From: a virus
Lineage: Duplodnaviria; Caudoviricetes
DNA length: 64,000 nucleotides
Virus record (IMG/VR): IMGVR_UViG_3300042881_004206
Strand: one strand, 5' to 3'
Below, one piece after another: positions 28,203-38,177 of this stretch. The notes below the pieces were generated by a model. The model was not told the origin of the DNA, did not search any database, and saw only the letters and a list, made by a program, of their open reading frames with translations. Positions within the stretch are counted from its first letter, which is position 1; each line of letters opens with the position of its first letter. The position numbers and the translations under genes were made by a program.

Positions 28203-28859
28203 ATGAAAGTTAAATTAATTTCTTATACAAAAGATACTGAAAATAGATCGTTGATTGAACAAATTGCATATGTCGCTCGTGTATCAAACCCATCAAATCA
28301 AAATAATAATGATAATGCGGAAAAACTAGTTCGATATTTGATTAAACATAAACATTGGTCTCCTCTCGAAATGGTTAATGTGTGTTTAGAAATTCAAACC
28401 ACTCGCGATATTGCAAGACAAATAATTCGTCACCGTTCTTTTTCTTTTCAAGAATTTTCACAACGATATGCGGACCCAACTAAAGATTTAGATTTTGTGC
28501 AGAGAGAAGCGAGATTACAAGACCTGAAGAATAGACAGAATAGCATTCCTACTGATAATCAACAGCTTATGGCATTTTGGGAAGAAAGGCAGAAACGTGT
28601 CATCCGAGAATCAAAAGAAGCTTATGCGTGGGCTGTTGAAAATGGAATTGCTAAAGAACAAGCACGAGCAGTTTTGCCTGAAGGATTGATGGAATCTAGA
28701 ATTTATATGAACGGCACTTTGCGTTCTTGGGTTCACTATATACAACTCCGATGTGCAAATGGAACACAAAAAGAACACCAAGAAATTGCTATAAAATGTG
28801 CAGAAGAAATTCAAAGTATATTCCCAATGATTATGGAGTTTATCAATGAACAGTCGTGA
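28203..28859 (+). CDS. thyX: FAD-dependent thymidylate synthase ThyX
   Basis: HWSPLE, RQIIRHRSFSFQEFSQRY, ARAVLP, TQKEH. Confidence 0.96.
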   Translation: MKVKLISYTKDTENRSLIEQIAYVARVSNPSNQNNNDNAEKLVRYLIKHKHWSPLEMVNVCLEIQTTRDIARQIIRHRSFSFQEFSQRYADPTKDLDFVQREARLQDLKNRQNSIPTDNQQLMAFWEERQKRVIRESKEAYAWAVENGIAKEQARAVLPEGLMESRIYMNGTLRSWVHYIQLRCANGTQKEHQEIAIKCAEEIQSIFPMIMEFINEQS

Positions 28860-29214
28860 TGATGTAAAAAAATTTATGGTTGCGTGTGATCAGAATGAAA
28901 TTGGTTTTGGTCCTCAATCTTCACTCTATTTCAATTTAATTGTTGAAGAATTTTGGGAACTAAAGAATGCTGTGCAGAAACGAGATATGATTGAAATTGC
29001 TGATGCTTGTGCAGATTTAAAATGGGTTATTGAAGGTTTAGAAAACTCTTTAAATATTCCCCAACAAGAAGTTTGGGACGAAGTTTCAAGAAGCAATCTC
29101 AGTAAGATTAGTTCCAATGGCAAAGTTATCAAAAGAGAAGATGGAAAGGTTTTAAAGCCAGATACATATTCTCCTCCTGACATTAAAAAAATTCTAGACA
29201 ATAATAAGGCATAA
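28846..29214 (+). CDS. PRA-PH/MazG-like NTP pyrophosphohydrolase
   Basis: EEFWE, DACAD, EV.RSNLSK..REDGKVLK. Confidence 0.85.
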   Translation: MNSRDDVKKFMVACDQNEIGFGPQSSLYFNLIVEEFWELKNAVQKRDMIEIADACADLKWVIEGLENSLNIPQQEVWDEVSRSNLSKISSNGKVIKREDGKVLKPDTYSPPDIKKILDNNKA

Positions 29215-29218
29215 ACAC

Positions 29219-31009
29219 ATGAAATATCTCGGCATCAATATAGACTTAGAAAGAGATAAATTATTCGACCAGTTAGGTATTAAAAGACTCCAAGAATCTT
29301 ACATGCGTGAAGACGAAACTTCACCACAACATAGATTTGCATATGTTTCAAAATCATTTGGTTCTAATCCGGAACATGCTCAGAGGTTGTATGACTACTC
29401 AAGTAAACATTGGCTTTCATATTCAACACCAATACTTTCTTTCGGCCGATCTAAAAGAGGAATGCCCATATCATGTTTTCTAAATTATATCGAAGATACA
29501 GCAGAGGGTCTAGTTGATAATCTGTCCGAGACTAATTGGCTCTCTATGTTGGGTGGAGGCGTGGGCATTGGTTTCGGTATTCGGAGCGCTGATGATAAGT
29601 CTACTGGTGTTATGCCTCACCTTAAAATCTACGATGCATCCTCTCTCGCCTACCGCCAGGGTCGTACTCGTCGCGGCTCTTATGCTGCATATCTTGATGT
29701 TTCACATCCTGATATTATTCCCTTTTTAGAAATGCGAAAACCAACCGGTGATCCAAATGTGCGTTGTTTGAATCTGCATCATGGTATTAACATCACAGAT
29801 GATTTCATGCAAGTAATCGAAAAGTGCATGGTTGATCCTGGTGCAAATGATAATTGGGAGCTTAAAGATCCACACACCGGCGAAGTGCGTGAAGTTGTTT
29901 CCGCAAAGATGTTATGGCAAATGATTCTAGAGTTGCGTATGCATACAGGTGAGCCGTATATTCATTATATTGATACGAGCAATCGTATGATGCCACAATG
30001 GCTCAAAGACAAAGGATTACGAATCAATCAATCCAATTTATGTTCAGAAATTATTCTGCCAACAAATGAAGAAAGAACTGCTGTATGCTGTTTATCAAGT
30101 TTGAATCTAGAGTATTACGATGATTGGAAAAATGATAAACTATTTTTGCGAGATGTTGCTGAGATGCTGGATAATGTGCTTCAGTATTTTATTGATAATG
30201 CTCCTGATTCCATTTCTAGGGCTAAGTATTCTGCTAGTCGCGAGCGTTCAATTGGTATTGGCGCTCTTGGTTTTCATGCCTACCTGCAATGCAATAACAT
30301 TGCTTTTGAAGGAGTGATGGCAAAGGTAACAAATAACAAAATATTCAAACATATTAGGAAGGAATTAGATGAAGCTAATAAGGTTTTGGGAGCAGAACGA
30401 GGTGAAGCTCCAGATGCTAGTGGGACTGGTCTGCGTTTTAGTCATCTTATGGCTGTTGCTCCAAATGCTTCTTCGTCTATCATTATGGGAAACACTAGCC
30501 CTAGTATCGAGCCTTATCGCGCTAACGCTTATCGTCAGGACACGTTATCTGGCTCATCACTAAACAAAAATAAGTATTTCGATAGAATTATTCAAAAACA
30601 TTCAAAAGGCCATGCAGAGGGATGGTCTGAAGAGGTCTGGTCTTCTATTATTGCTAATGATGGTTCGGTGCAACATCTTGAATGGCTTGATGAAAACGAA
30701 AAAGCTGTATTCAAAACTTCCATGGAAATTGATCAGAGATGGGTCATAGAACATGCTGCCGATAGACAACAGTATATTGATCAAGCACAATCATTGAATG
30801 TATTTTTCCGTCCCGATTCGAACATTAAATATGTTCATGCTATACACTTTATGGCATGGAAAAAAGGAGTAAAAACGTTATATTATTGTAGATCCGAAAA
30901 AATTGGAAAAGCAGATAAAGTTTCGAAGAAAATTGAAAGACAGGTAATCAAAGAACTTGACATGACACAAATTGCTCAAGGAAACGATTGTATAGCTTGC
31001 GAAGGATAA
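29219..31009 (+). CDS. nrdA: Ribonucleotide reductase class I alpha subunit
   Basis: ISCF, SNLCSEI, VCCLSS, APNASSS, KTLYY, C-terminal CIACEG. Confidence 0.96.
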   Translation: MKYLGINIDLERDKLFDQLGIKRLQESYMREDETSPQHRFAYVSKSFGSNPEHAQRLYDYSSKHWLSYSTPILSFGRSKRGMPISCFLNYIEDTAEGLVDNLSETNWLSMLGGGVGIGFGIRSADDKSTGVMPHLKIYDASSLAYRQGRTRRGSYAAYLDVSHPDIIPFLEMRKPTGDPNVRCLNLHHGINITDDFMQVIEKCMVDPGANDNWELKDPHTGEVREVVSAKMLWQMILELRMHTGEPYIHYIDTSNRMMPQWLKDKGLRINQSNLCSEIILPTNEERTAVCCLSSLNLEYYDDWKNDKLFLRDVAEMLDNVLQYFIDNAPDSISRAKYSASRERSIGIGALGFHAYLQCNNIAFEGVMAKVTNNKIFKHIRKELDEANKVLGAERGEAPDASGTGLRFSHLMAVAPNASSSIIMGNTSPSIEPYRANAYRQDTLSGSSLNKNKYFDRIIQKHSKGHAEGWSEEVWSSIIANDGSVQHLEWLDENEKAVFKTSMEIDQRWVIEHAADRQQYIDQAQSLNVFFRPDSNIKYVHAIHFMAWKKGVKTLYYCRSEKIGKADKVSKKIERQVIKELDMTQIAQGNDCIACEG

Positions 31010-31012
31010 AAA

Positions 31013-31252
31013 ATGAAAATACTTAGATTCACAGCATCTTGGTGTCAGCCTTGTAACTCGTTAGCCAAAAATTTGGAAGAAGCAAAATTAAACATACCAG
31101 TAGAAGTTATTGATATTGATGTTCACAATGATTTGGCGATTGAATACGGAATTAGATCGGTTCCAACATTAGTCCTTATTGATGAAAATATTGAAGTCAA
31201 AAGATCTATAGGCACAAAAACAATCGAACAATTAAAGGAATGGGCAAGATGA
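31013..31252 (+). CDS. Thioredoxin
   Basis: FTASWCQPC, YGIRSVPT. Confidence 0.93.
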   Translation: MKILRFTASWCQPCNSLAKNLEEAKLNIPVEVIDIDVHNDLAIEYGIRSVPTLVLIDENIEVKRSIGTKTIEQLKEWAR

Positions 31253-32238
31253 TTAAAAAAGTTTCAGAACAAAAACTTACGGATGAAAGAAATCATTTTA
31301 AACCTTTCAATTATCCTTGGGCTTACGATGCATGGTTAAAGCATGAACAAAGTCATTGGTTGCATACAGAAGTTCCGATGTTGGAAGATGTTAAAGATTG
31401 GAAGAAAAGATTAACGAATGAAGAAAAACAATTTCTAACTCATATTTTTCGTTTTTTCACTCAAGGAGACATTGATGTTGCTGGTGGGTATGTTCGCAAT
31501 TATTTGCCATATTTTCCTCAACCTGAAGTCCGAATGATGTTGTTGGGTTTCTCTGCTAGAGAAGCACTACACATTGCAGCTTATTCTCATTTAATTGAAA
31601 CTCTCGGTATGCCAGAGAGCACATATAATCAATTTTTAGCATACGAAGAAATGAGAGATAAACATGAGTATATCACCGAAATTTCTTCTAAGAATGGAAC
31701 GGCCGAATCAACTGCAACACATATTGCTGCTTTTAGTGCATTCACAGAAGGTATGCAACTATTCAGTTCATTCATCATGTTATTAAATTTTCCAAGACAC
31801 GGAAAAATGAAGGGCATGGGACAAATTGTAACATGGTCAATTGTTGACGAGACACAACATGCAGAAAATATGATCAAGTTATTCAGAGCTTATGTTGAAG
31901 AAAATAAGGAAATCTGGAATGACGAACTTAAAGGAAAAATATATTCAATTGCTGAGAGAATGGTTGCTCTCGAAGACAGGTTTATTGATTTGGCATTCGG
32001 CATGGGTCCTATGGATGGTCTGGACGCTAATGACGTTAAACGTTATATCCGGTATATTGCTGATCGTCGCCTTATCAGCCTTGGCCTTAAAGGAATTATG
32101 AAAGTCAAAAAGAATCCATTGCCTTGGGTTGAAGAAATGATTAATGCACCAACACATACAAATTTTTTCGAAAACCGCGCTACAGATTATGCCAAGGGAG
32201 CATTGACTGGCGATTGGGGTGATGTTTGGGCTAACTAA
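31249..32238 (+). CDS. nrdB: Ribonucleotide reductase class I beta subunit
   Basis: FFTQGD, REALHIAAY (radical Tyr retained), EGMQLF, DETQH, NFFE..ATDY. Confidence 0.96.
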   Translation: MIKKVSEQKLTDERNHFKPFNYPWAYDAWLKHEQSHWLHTEVPMLEDVKDWKKRLTNEEKQFLTHIFRFFTQGDIDVAGGYVRNYLPYFPQPEVRMMLLGFSAREALHIAAYSHLIETLGMPESTYNQFLAYEEMRDKHEYITEISSKNGTAESTATHIAAFSAFTEGMQLFSSFIMLLNFPRHGKMKGMGQIVTWSIVDETQHAENMIKLFRAYVEENKEIWNDELKGKIYSIAERMVALEDRFIDLAFGMGPMDGLDANDVKRYIRYIADRRLISLGLKGIMKVKKNPLPWVEEMINAPTHTNFFENRATDYAKGALTGDWGDVWAN

Positions 32239-32247
32239 GGAGAAAAA

Positions 32248-32433
32248 ATGAATAAGTCAGTAACCGGAGAATGTCTCAATTGCGAATCATCATTCGATGT
32301 AGCATACAGAGAAGAATTTGTTTCTGAAGAATACCCCCAGTTTTGCCCTTTTTGTGGCGAAGCCATCGATGAATTGTCCGAAGAATATATAGAGGATGAC
32401 GATTCTGATGATGATGGAGACAAATGGAACTAA
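32248..32433 (+). CDS. Small zinc-ribbon protein
   Basis: CLNC...CPFCG with acidic tail. Confidence 0.7.
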   Translation: MNKSVTGECLNCESSFDVAYREEFVSEEYPQFCPFCGEAIDELSEEYIEDDDSDDDGDKWN

Positions 32434-32834
32434 ACTGGACTCATAAAGATAAAAATTTTACAGAAGAAGAAATAAAAGAAAATTATGGTTTTGTTTATTG
32501 TATAACAAATCTATTAACAAACAAAAAATATATCGGAAAAAAATTCTTTTATTCTTCAAAAACAAAACAAGTAAAAGGTAAAAAAAAGAAAATAAAAGTA
32601 TTCAGTGATTGGCTGATATACTATGGTTCAAACGCAGAACTATTAAATGATGTGAATCAACTAGGAAAAGAAAACTTCAAAAGAGAAATAATTCATTTAT
32701 GTAAAACTAAAGGTGAATGTGGTTATTTGGAAGCAAAAGAACAATTCACAAATTGTGTTTTAGAAAATGATAATTATTATAATACATGGATTATGGTTAG
32801 AGTGAGAAAATCACACATCAGAGGATTAAGATGA
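32424..32834 (+). CDS. GIY-YIG family endonuclease
   Basis: GFVYCITN..KKYIGKK, YYGS, E..EQF, YYN. Confidence 0.85.
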   Translation: MELNWTHKDKNFTEEEIKENYGFVYCITNLLTNKKYIGKKFFYSSKTKQVKGKKKKIKVFSDWLIYYGSNAELLNDVNQLGKENFKREIIHLCKTKGECGYLEAKEQFTNCVLENDNYYNTWIMVRVRKSHIRGLR

Positions 32835-33169
32835 TAGAACCTTTTAAACAAATTTCTTCAGATTTCGATGTTTTATTTTTTTTACCACATGAAGAAAGTG
32901 ATAAAGTGCATATTGAAGCTGCAAGATATGGAAAAAAAGGAAAACTTGTAGATGATAGCAATATTGGACCGACCTGGCACATCATTCTTTTCAAAACCGA
33001 CGAAAATGGTATAAAAGATAAAGATGTGTTTGAAGCAATATTTTCAGATCCGAGGGAATATGTTTCAAATTTAATACCACAAGATTGGTATGGGTTTGTT
33101 GCGAAAAAAACAACAACTTCAAAAAAATTTGTCAAAGAAGCTATTGACAGAATAGATAAAATCTACTAA
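32831..33169 (+). CDS. Hypothetical protein
   Basis: 112-aa ORF in operon. Confidence 0.6.
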   Translation: MIEPFKQISSDFDVLFFLPHEESDKVHIEAARYGKKGKLVDDSNIGPTWHIILFKTDENGIKDKDVFEAIFSDPREYVSNLIPQDWYGFVAKKTTTSKKFVKEAIDRIDKIY

Positions 33170-33198
33170 AATATGTGAGTCTATATTTTAAAGAGAGA

Positions 33199-34062
33199 AT
33201 GATCATGATTTTGGTTGATTTGAATCAAGTGTTGTTGTCCGGTCTTATGGCACAAATTTCTTCACAAAAAGGTGTCAAGTTGGACGAAAATCTCATTCGA
33301 CATATGATACTGAATATTCTCCGTACACATCTAAAAAATTTTAGAAATGAATATGGTGAAGTTGTTTTATGTTGCGATAACAAGAAATACTGGAGAAAAG
33401 AATTTTTTCCATTTTACAAAGCTGGTCGAAAGAAAAATCGAGAAAAGTCCGATTTGGATTGGCATTCAATTTTTAACATGTTGGCGAAGTTCAAAGATGA
33501 ACTGCGTGAAAACATGCCATATAAAGTGATTGATGTTGAAGGTGCGGAAGCTGATGATATTATAGGTACACTTGCACCAAGAAGTGTCGCACATGAAAAT
33601 GTTTTGATTATTTCCAGTGATGGTGACTTTTTGCAATTGCAAAGATATAACAATGATAAATTTAAAATCAAACAATATAATCCAGCAATGAAAAAATTCA
33701 TTCTTTCGGATAATCCGTTGATTGAATTGAAAGAGAAAATTATTCGTGGCGATAAAGGAGATGGTATTCCTAATATAGTTTCATCTGCTGATTGTTTTGT
33801 TCGTGATATCCGGCAAACACCAATAAATAAAACAAAATTGGAAAAGTTTTTGAATGAAGATGCTTCACAATATATTTCTGAAGCACAAGTCGGATTTTCC
33901 AGAAATCAAACTCTAATTGACCTATCCTTTACGCCCGTTGCAATCAAAGATAAAATCATAAATAATTACATAGAAGCAAAGCCGGTTGCGAGATCGAAGA
34001 TTTTAAATTACTTTATTGCAAATAAACTTAAAAACTTAATAGAGGTGATTGAGGAATTTTAA
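33199..34062 (+). CDS. rnh: T4-like RNase H / 5'-3' exonuclease
   Basis: ILVDLNQ, WRKEFFPFYKAGR, EADDII, SSDGDFLQL, GDKGDGIPN. Confidence 0.95.
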   Translation: MIMILVDLNQVLLSGLMAQISSQKGVKLDENLIRHMILNILRTHLKNFRNEYGEVVLCCDNKKYWRKEFFPFYKAGRKKNREKSDLDWHSIFNMLAKFKDELRENMPYKVIDVEGAEADDIIGTLAPRSVAHENVLIISSDGDFLQLQRYNNDKFKIKQYNPAMKKFILSDNPLIELKEKIIRGDKGDGIPNIVSSADCFVRDIRQTPINKTKLEKFLNEDASQYISEAQVGFSRNQTLIDLSFTPVAIKDKIINNYIEAKPVARSKILNYFIANKLKNLIEVIEEF

Positions 34063-34487
34063 TGAAAAATATATATGAAATATTTGATGAATTTGAGAAA
34101 GCTAAAAATAAAAAAGAAAGAATGGATGTAATAGGAAATAATCTTTCCTCAACTCTTGTAAAAGTTTTAGAACTATGTTTCCATCCACAGTATCAATGGA
34201 TGATTAGTGAACTGCCAGAAAATTATAAAATACCTACCGATATTTTACCAGGAATTACTTTCGATAATTTAAATTCTCAATTGCGGAGACTCTATTTGTT
34301 TAGAGTTGGAGATGCAACAGCAGAATCTCTGTCCAACGATAAAAGAAATCAAATCCTTACTCAAATGTTAGAATCAATTGAACCGCGTGAAGTTGAAATT
34401 ATTTTAGGAATCTTTAGAAAAGATTTTGGCATAAAGGGCTTGGACTATAAATTTGTAAAAGAAGCCTTTCCAAATCTTTTACCATGA
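34062..34487 (+). CDS. Conserved hypothetical protein following rnh
   Basis: F..QMLE.I.P.E..I ... GL....V.EAFP motif. Confidence 0.7.
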   Translation: MKNIYEIFDEFEKAKNKKERMDVIGNNLSSTLVKVLELCFHPQYQWMISELPENYKIPTDILPGITFDNLNSQLRRLYLFRVGDATAESLSNDKRNQILTQMLESIEPREVEIILGIFRKDFGIKGLDYKFVKEAFPNLLP

Positions 34488-34870
34488 CAACGAAAAAAGA
34501 AAAAATTGTTGTAGTATCCGGAGAATTTGATTCAATATCATTGGAGGAATTAAATTTTCTAAAAAAGTGTAGGAAAAAAGGCGATTGGTTAATTGTTGGT
34601 TTACACTCTGATAATTTTTTAGAACTTTGTCGCGGTGGATTTACATTAAACTTTCACCGGCGCAAACAAATATTAGAAAGTATCAGATATATTAGTGAAA
34701 TATTTGAATTTGACGATTCAGATGGTACCGTTTGCAATCTACTAAAATTAGTAAAAATTTGTTATCCTAATTCCGAATTACTTTACATTTCAAATGAGGA
34801 TATGCACAATATGCCAGAAACAAAAATACGTGGCATTACTTTTGAAGTCATAAAACTAGGAGATTTTTAA
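34484..34870 (+). CDS. Cytidylyltransferase-fold protein with degenerate HIGH motif
   Basis: VVSGEFD..GDWLIVGLHSD..R..I..FDDSDGT frame, but HxGH replaced by SLEE. Confidence 0.7.
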   Translation: MTTKKEKIVVVSGEFDSISLEELNFLKKCRKKGDWLIVGLHSDNFLELCRGGFTLNFHRRKQILESIRYISEIFEFDDSDGTVCNLLKLVKICYPNSELLYISNEDMHNMPETKIRGITFEVIKLGDF

Positions 34871-35083
34871 GTGTCTAAATTTTTAGGTAAGTTTCGAAAA
34901 CATAAAGATTATAATGATGATTATGGTTTTTCAAATAAAAAAAGAAATCGAGATGAACACTCTGAAATTAAAAAGATAAAAAATCACAATTATGATGAGT
35001 TATTGAAAATTTATGAAGAAGAAGATAACTATTATGGAGATTATACAAAATCCAGTCGAAAAAACGGAAGAAGAACTGCTTAG
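34871..35083 (+). CDS. Small basic hypothetical protein
   Basis: GTG start after GGAG; 70 aa. Confidence 0.55.
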   Translation: MSKFLGKFRKHKDYNDDYGFSNKKRNRDEHSEIKKIKNHNYDELLKIYEEEDNYYGDYTKSSRKNGRRTA

Positions 35084-35084
35084 T

Positions 35085-35136
35085 GTTGTAAAAAAACAAC
35101 TGTCATATTGACACAAACTCAAAAAATGAGTACAAT
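35085..35136 (+). promoter_or_regulatory. GTTG-N8-CAAC box plus sigma70 promoter
   Basis: GTTGTAAAAAAACAAC; TTGACA-17-TACAAT. Confidence 0.75.
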
Positions 35137-35165
35137 ACAAACTCCACTTCAATTAGGAGTTGTTT

Positions 35166-35534
35166 ATGATGATCTATACAAGGATTCCTAAATCCAAAAA
35201 AAGAAATAAACCCAAAGCTGAGCGCGAACAATACGAAAATTGGCTGAAGTCACATCAGACTGCACAAAAATTCATCAATATTACTGTCAAAAAGACAGAA
35301 ATTAAGAGTGTTACACTAAAACCTGAAAAGAAAATCGATTCTCTTAACGATTGGGTTACAGGACCACTAACAAAAACAGGAATCATGAGGGATTATCATC
35401 GCCTTTCACCCTCGGATCGTGAAAAAATCGATTCAATCAGTAAGTCCGTAGCGCCTCTACATAAAAGTAACTATGTTTACGTGTCTGAGGGTATGAATCC
35501 TGCCTCTTTGGGTAGAAAAAATGAAGTTCTTTGA
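35166..35534 (+). CDS. Hypothetical protein
   Basis: GGAG RBS; VAPLHKSNYVYV motif. Confidence 0.65.
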   Translation: MMIYTRIPKSKKRNKPKAEREQYENWLKSHQTAQKFINITVKKTEIKSVTLKPEKKIDSLNDWVTGPLTKTGIMRDYHRLSPSDREKIDSISKSVAPLHKSNYVYVSEGMNPASLGRKNEVL

Positions 35535-35551
35535 TAGAAAGAAAGTATTTT

Positions 35552-35767
35552 ATGCGTGAAGATGAATATTTTGTTAATTCCGACACAATAAATTCGGAAA
35601 ATAATCCCTGGAAAAGTCTGGAAAGTGTTGTTCGTTCTTGGGCATCATTGTCTGGACACGAAAAAGATCAAAATCAGTATGAAACTACAAAAAATAACTA
35701 CAACAAGAGTTATACTTCATACGTCGAAGAAGCCGATGATGTTGTAAAAAAACAACAATCCGAATAA
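35552..35767 (+). CDS. Hypothetical protein
   Basis: ORF 35531..35767 re-started at ATG 35552. Confidence 0.5.
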   Translation: MREDEYFVNSDTINSENNPWKSLESVVRSWASLSGHEKDQNQYETTKNNYNKSYTSYVEEADDVVKKQQSE

Positions 35768-35801
35768 TTTATTTGATTTACTGTAAAAGTTGTGTTAGAA
35801 T
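35741..35801 (+). promoter_or_regulatory. GTTG-N8-CAAC box plus sigma70 promoter
   Basis: GTTGTAAAAAAACAAC (identical to 35085 copy); TTGATT-17-TAGAAT. Confidence 0.65.
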
Positions 35802-35825
35802 TCTTTCTCAATACAGGAGAAATCA

Positions 35826-37952
35826 ATGAGTTTAGTCGATTCTAAGTCTATTTTGGCCAAATTGATGGCCACTGAGAATTTAATAATTGAACAAAAGAAT
35901 GTTACTACCGCATCTTTTGATGTAAGAAACCGAATTCTAACTGTTCCAATTCTGGACAACAACATTTCATCCAACTTATATGATCTGTTTATGGGTCATG
36001 AAGTTGGTCACGCACTCTATACACCTCTTGAGGGTATGTTGCAAGCCCGTAAAGATAATCTTCAATCGAGTATCGTGAATGTAGTTGAAGATGCTCGTAT
36101 CGAAAGAAAGATTAAGTCGCGTTATCCTGGTTTGAAAAATTCATTTTTAAAAGGTTATAAAGAATTAAATGACCGCGATTTTTTCGAGACAAAGAATAAA
36201 AATCTCAACTTCATGAATTTTATTGATAGGATTAATCTTCATTTTAAATGTGGTGTTAATTCTGGTATTAAATTTAATGAAGAAGAACGAAATTTACTCA
36301 GAGAAGTTGAAATCACAGAAACTTTTGATGATGTAATTTCGGTTTCAAAGAAAATTATCGATTACATGAAGACTCAACAAGAAGAAAACAAAAAAATTCG
36401 AAAGTCTTCTGATGATTTTATGGATGACTTCGATGATTCCATTAATGGCGACATGCCATTTGATGATTATGAACAAGAAGAATATGATGGATCAAATGAA
36501 TCGGAAGATTCTATAGCAGAACCATCTGAGGATTCAAATGATATTGGTGATTCGAATCTTGAAGATGAAGATGATAGAGATGACTCAACATCTGGTGGAT
36601 ATTCTTCCGATGATGCGATTAAATCTTTTACTGACGAAGCCTATCGCAAAAACGAAAGTCAGCTTTTTGCTGATAAAGATATTTCGTACAAATATATTAA
36701 TATTCCAAAAGTAGAAACAGAAAAAACCATTCTTGATTATAAAATTCTTTACAAGAATTATAAAGAAGAAGGTTTTGGTTCCGCAAAGAGAAAATTTATT
36801 GAATATCGGCGCGAGTCGAATCGTGTTGTATCATATTTGGTAAAAGAATTTGAAATGCGTAAAAACGCAGAACAACTGAAACGTTCTAGTACCGCAAAAA
36901 CCGGTGATTTGGATCTAAACAAGATTTTTTCATATCAATTCAATGAAGATATTTTTAAGAAAATTACAGTTGTTCCTGGTGGCAAATCACATGGGCTGGT
37001 GATGTTTTTGGATTGGTCTGGTTCAATGTCCGTACATATTGGCAATACAGTAAAACAGTTATTAAATTTGGTTTTCTTTTGCAAAAAAGTAAATATTCCA
37101 TTTGAGGTCTACAGTTTCGTTGGTGATAGAGGTAATCACTGCAACTTTATTCAAAACCCAAAAACAGGAGATTTTCATATTGATGATTTCTATTTGGCGA
37201 ACATTCTCTCCAGCAGAATGAGTGCGTCCGAATTCATTGAAGCCGGAGGCGTTTTGATGAATATTTCCGGAATAGGAAACTACACCTATAGTGGTTGTGG
37301 TCCTTCGTGGTTGAAAATGTGTGGAACTCCTCTGAATGAATCCATCATTTGTGCAATGGAAATTGTTCCAGAATTTCAGAAAAAATATAAATTGCAAATT
37401 GTAAATACTATTATTCTAACTGATGGTGACAGTAATTATATTTCGGAATATTTTAATTCCGATTTGAAACCAGAACAAATTGATAGTAGATATTTCCGTG
37501 AAAACATTACGGATATTGTTATAGTTGATCCCGTAACAAAGAATCAGGAAAAATATAAAAATGTTTATCACAGACGTGCCTGGTTGCAAACAAATGCTTT
37601 GATTTCTCTTTTCAAAAAAAGAACCAATTCGAATGTAATTGGTTTCTATGTTACAACACAAAGAGAACTTATGCAGAATATTAATAAATTTTTTGGCTCA
37701 ATTCAAAATAATAATGAGCTCGAAAACATTAAAAGTAAATTCCGTAAAGAAAAATTTATTGTAGTTGACACAACTGAATTTAGTGATTATTATGTACTTC
37801 GTTCCAACTCTCTAAATACGGAAGAAGATGCAGATTTTGTAGTAAAAGAAAATGTCACACGCCGTGGTTTAGTTTCGGCATTTTCCAAATATGCAAGCGC
37901 TCGAGTTAATAACCGAGTAATTTTAAATCGTTTTATTGGTCTTATCACATGA
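35826..37952 (+). CDS. CobT-like protein: HExxH domain, acidic linker, vWA domain
   Basis: HEVGH, NVVEDARIE, acidic linker, MIDAS DWSGS, GTPL, LTDG. Confidence 0.88.
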   Translation: MSLVDSKSILAKLMATENLIIEQKNVTTASFDVRNRILTVPILDNNISSNLYDLFMGHEVGHALYTPLEGMLQARKDNLQSSIVNVVEDARIERKIKSRYPGLKNSFLKGYKELNDRDFFETKNKNLNFMNFIDRINLHFKCGVNSGIKFNEEERNLLREVEITETFDDVISVSKKIIDYMKTQQEENKKIRKSSDDFMDDFDDSINGDMPFDDYEQEEYDGSNESEDSIAEPSEDSNDIGDSNLEDEDDRDDSTSGGYSSDDAIKSFTDEAYRKNESQLFADKDISYKYINIPKVETEKTILDYKILYKNYKEEGFGSAKRKFIEYRRESNRVVSYLVKEFEMRKNAEQLKRSSTAKTGDLDLNKIFSYQFNEDIFKKITVVPGGKSHGLVMFLDWSGSMSVHIGNTVKQLLNLVFFCKKVNIPFEVYSFVGDRGNHCNFIQNPKTGDFHIDDFYLANILSSRMSASEFIEAGGVLMNISGIGNYTYSGCGPSWLKMCGTPLNESIICAMEIVPEFQKKYKLQIVNTIILTDGDSNYISEYFNSDLKPEQIDSRYFRENITDIVIVDPVTKNQEKYKNVYHRRAWLQTNALISLFKKRTNSNVIGFYVTTQRELMQNINKFFGSIQNNNELENIKSKFRKEKFIVVDTTEFSDYYVLRSNSLNTEEDADFVVKENVTRRGLVSAFSKYASARVNNRVILNRFIGLIT

Positions 37953-37961
37953 GGATGCTAT

Positions 37962-38177
37962 ATGACTTCACAATGTTATGAATCTGGTGACAGAAAAGCA
38001 ACAGTCAATTTGATTGAATCGAACTGGGACTCCCGACACAGTAAATGGGAGGTTACTTTCTTCATTAGAGGTCGAATTATTGAAAAACGCACGGTTACAT
38101 CATTTGATCAAGCTGAAATTGTAGCTGAAACTTTCGTTGAAGGATTTGATGCAAGTAAGGTGTTGTTAAATGAATAA
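37962..38177 (+). CDS. Hypothetical protein
   Basis: GAGG RBS; 71 aa. Confidence 0.6.
   Translation: MTSQCYESGDRKATVNLIESNWDSRHSKWEVTFFIRGRIIEKRTVTSFDQAEIVAETFVEGFDASKVLLNE

Noticed and set aside
2196-32238. Inteins or group I introns in gp43, gp41, gp61, nrdA and nrdB
   Set aside because: All are continuous ORFs of ordinary or short length with no splicing or homing-endonuclease motifs
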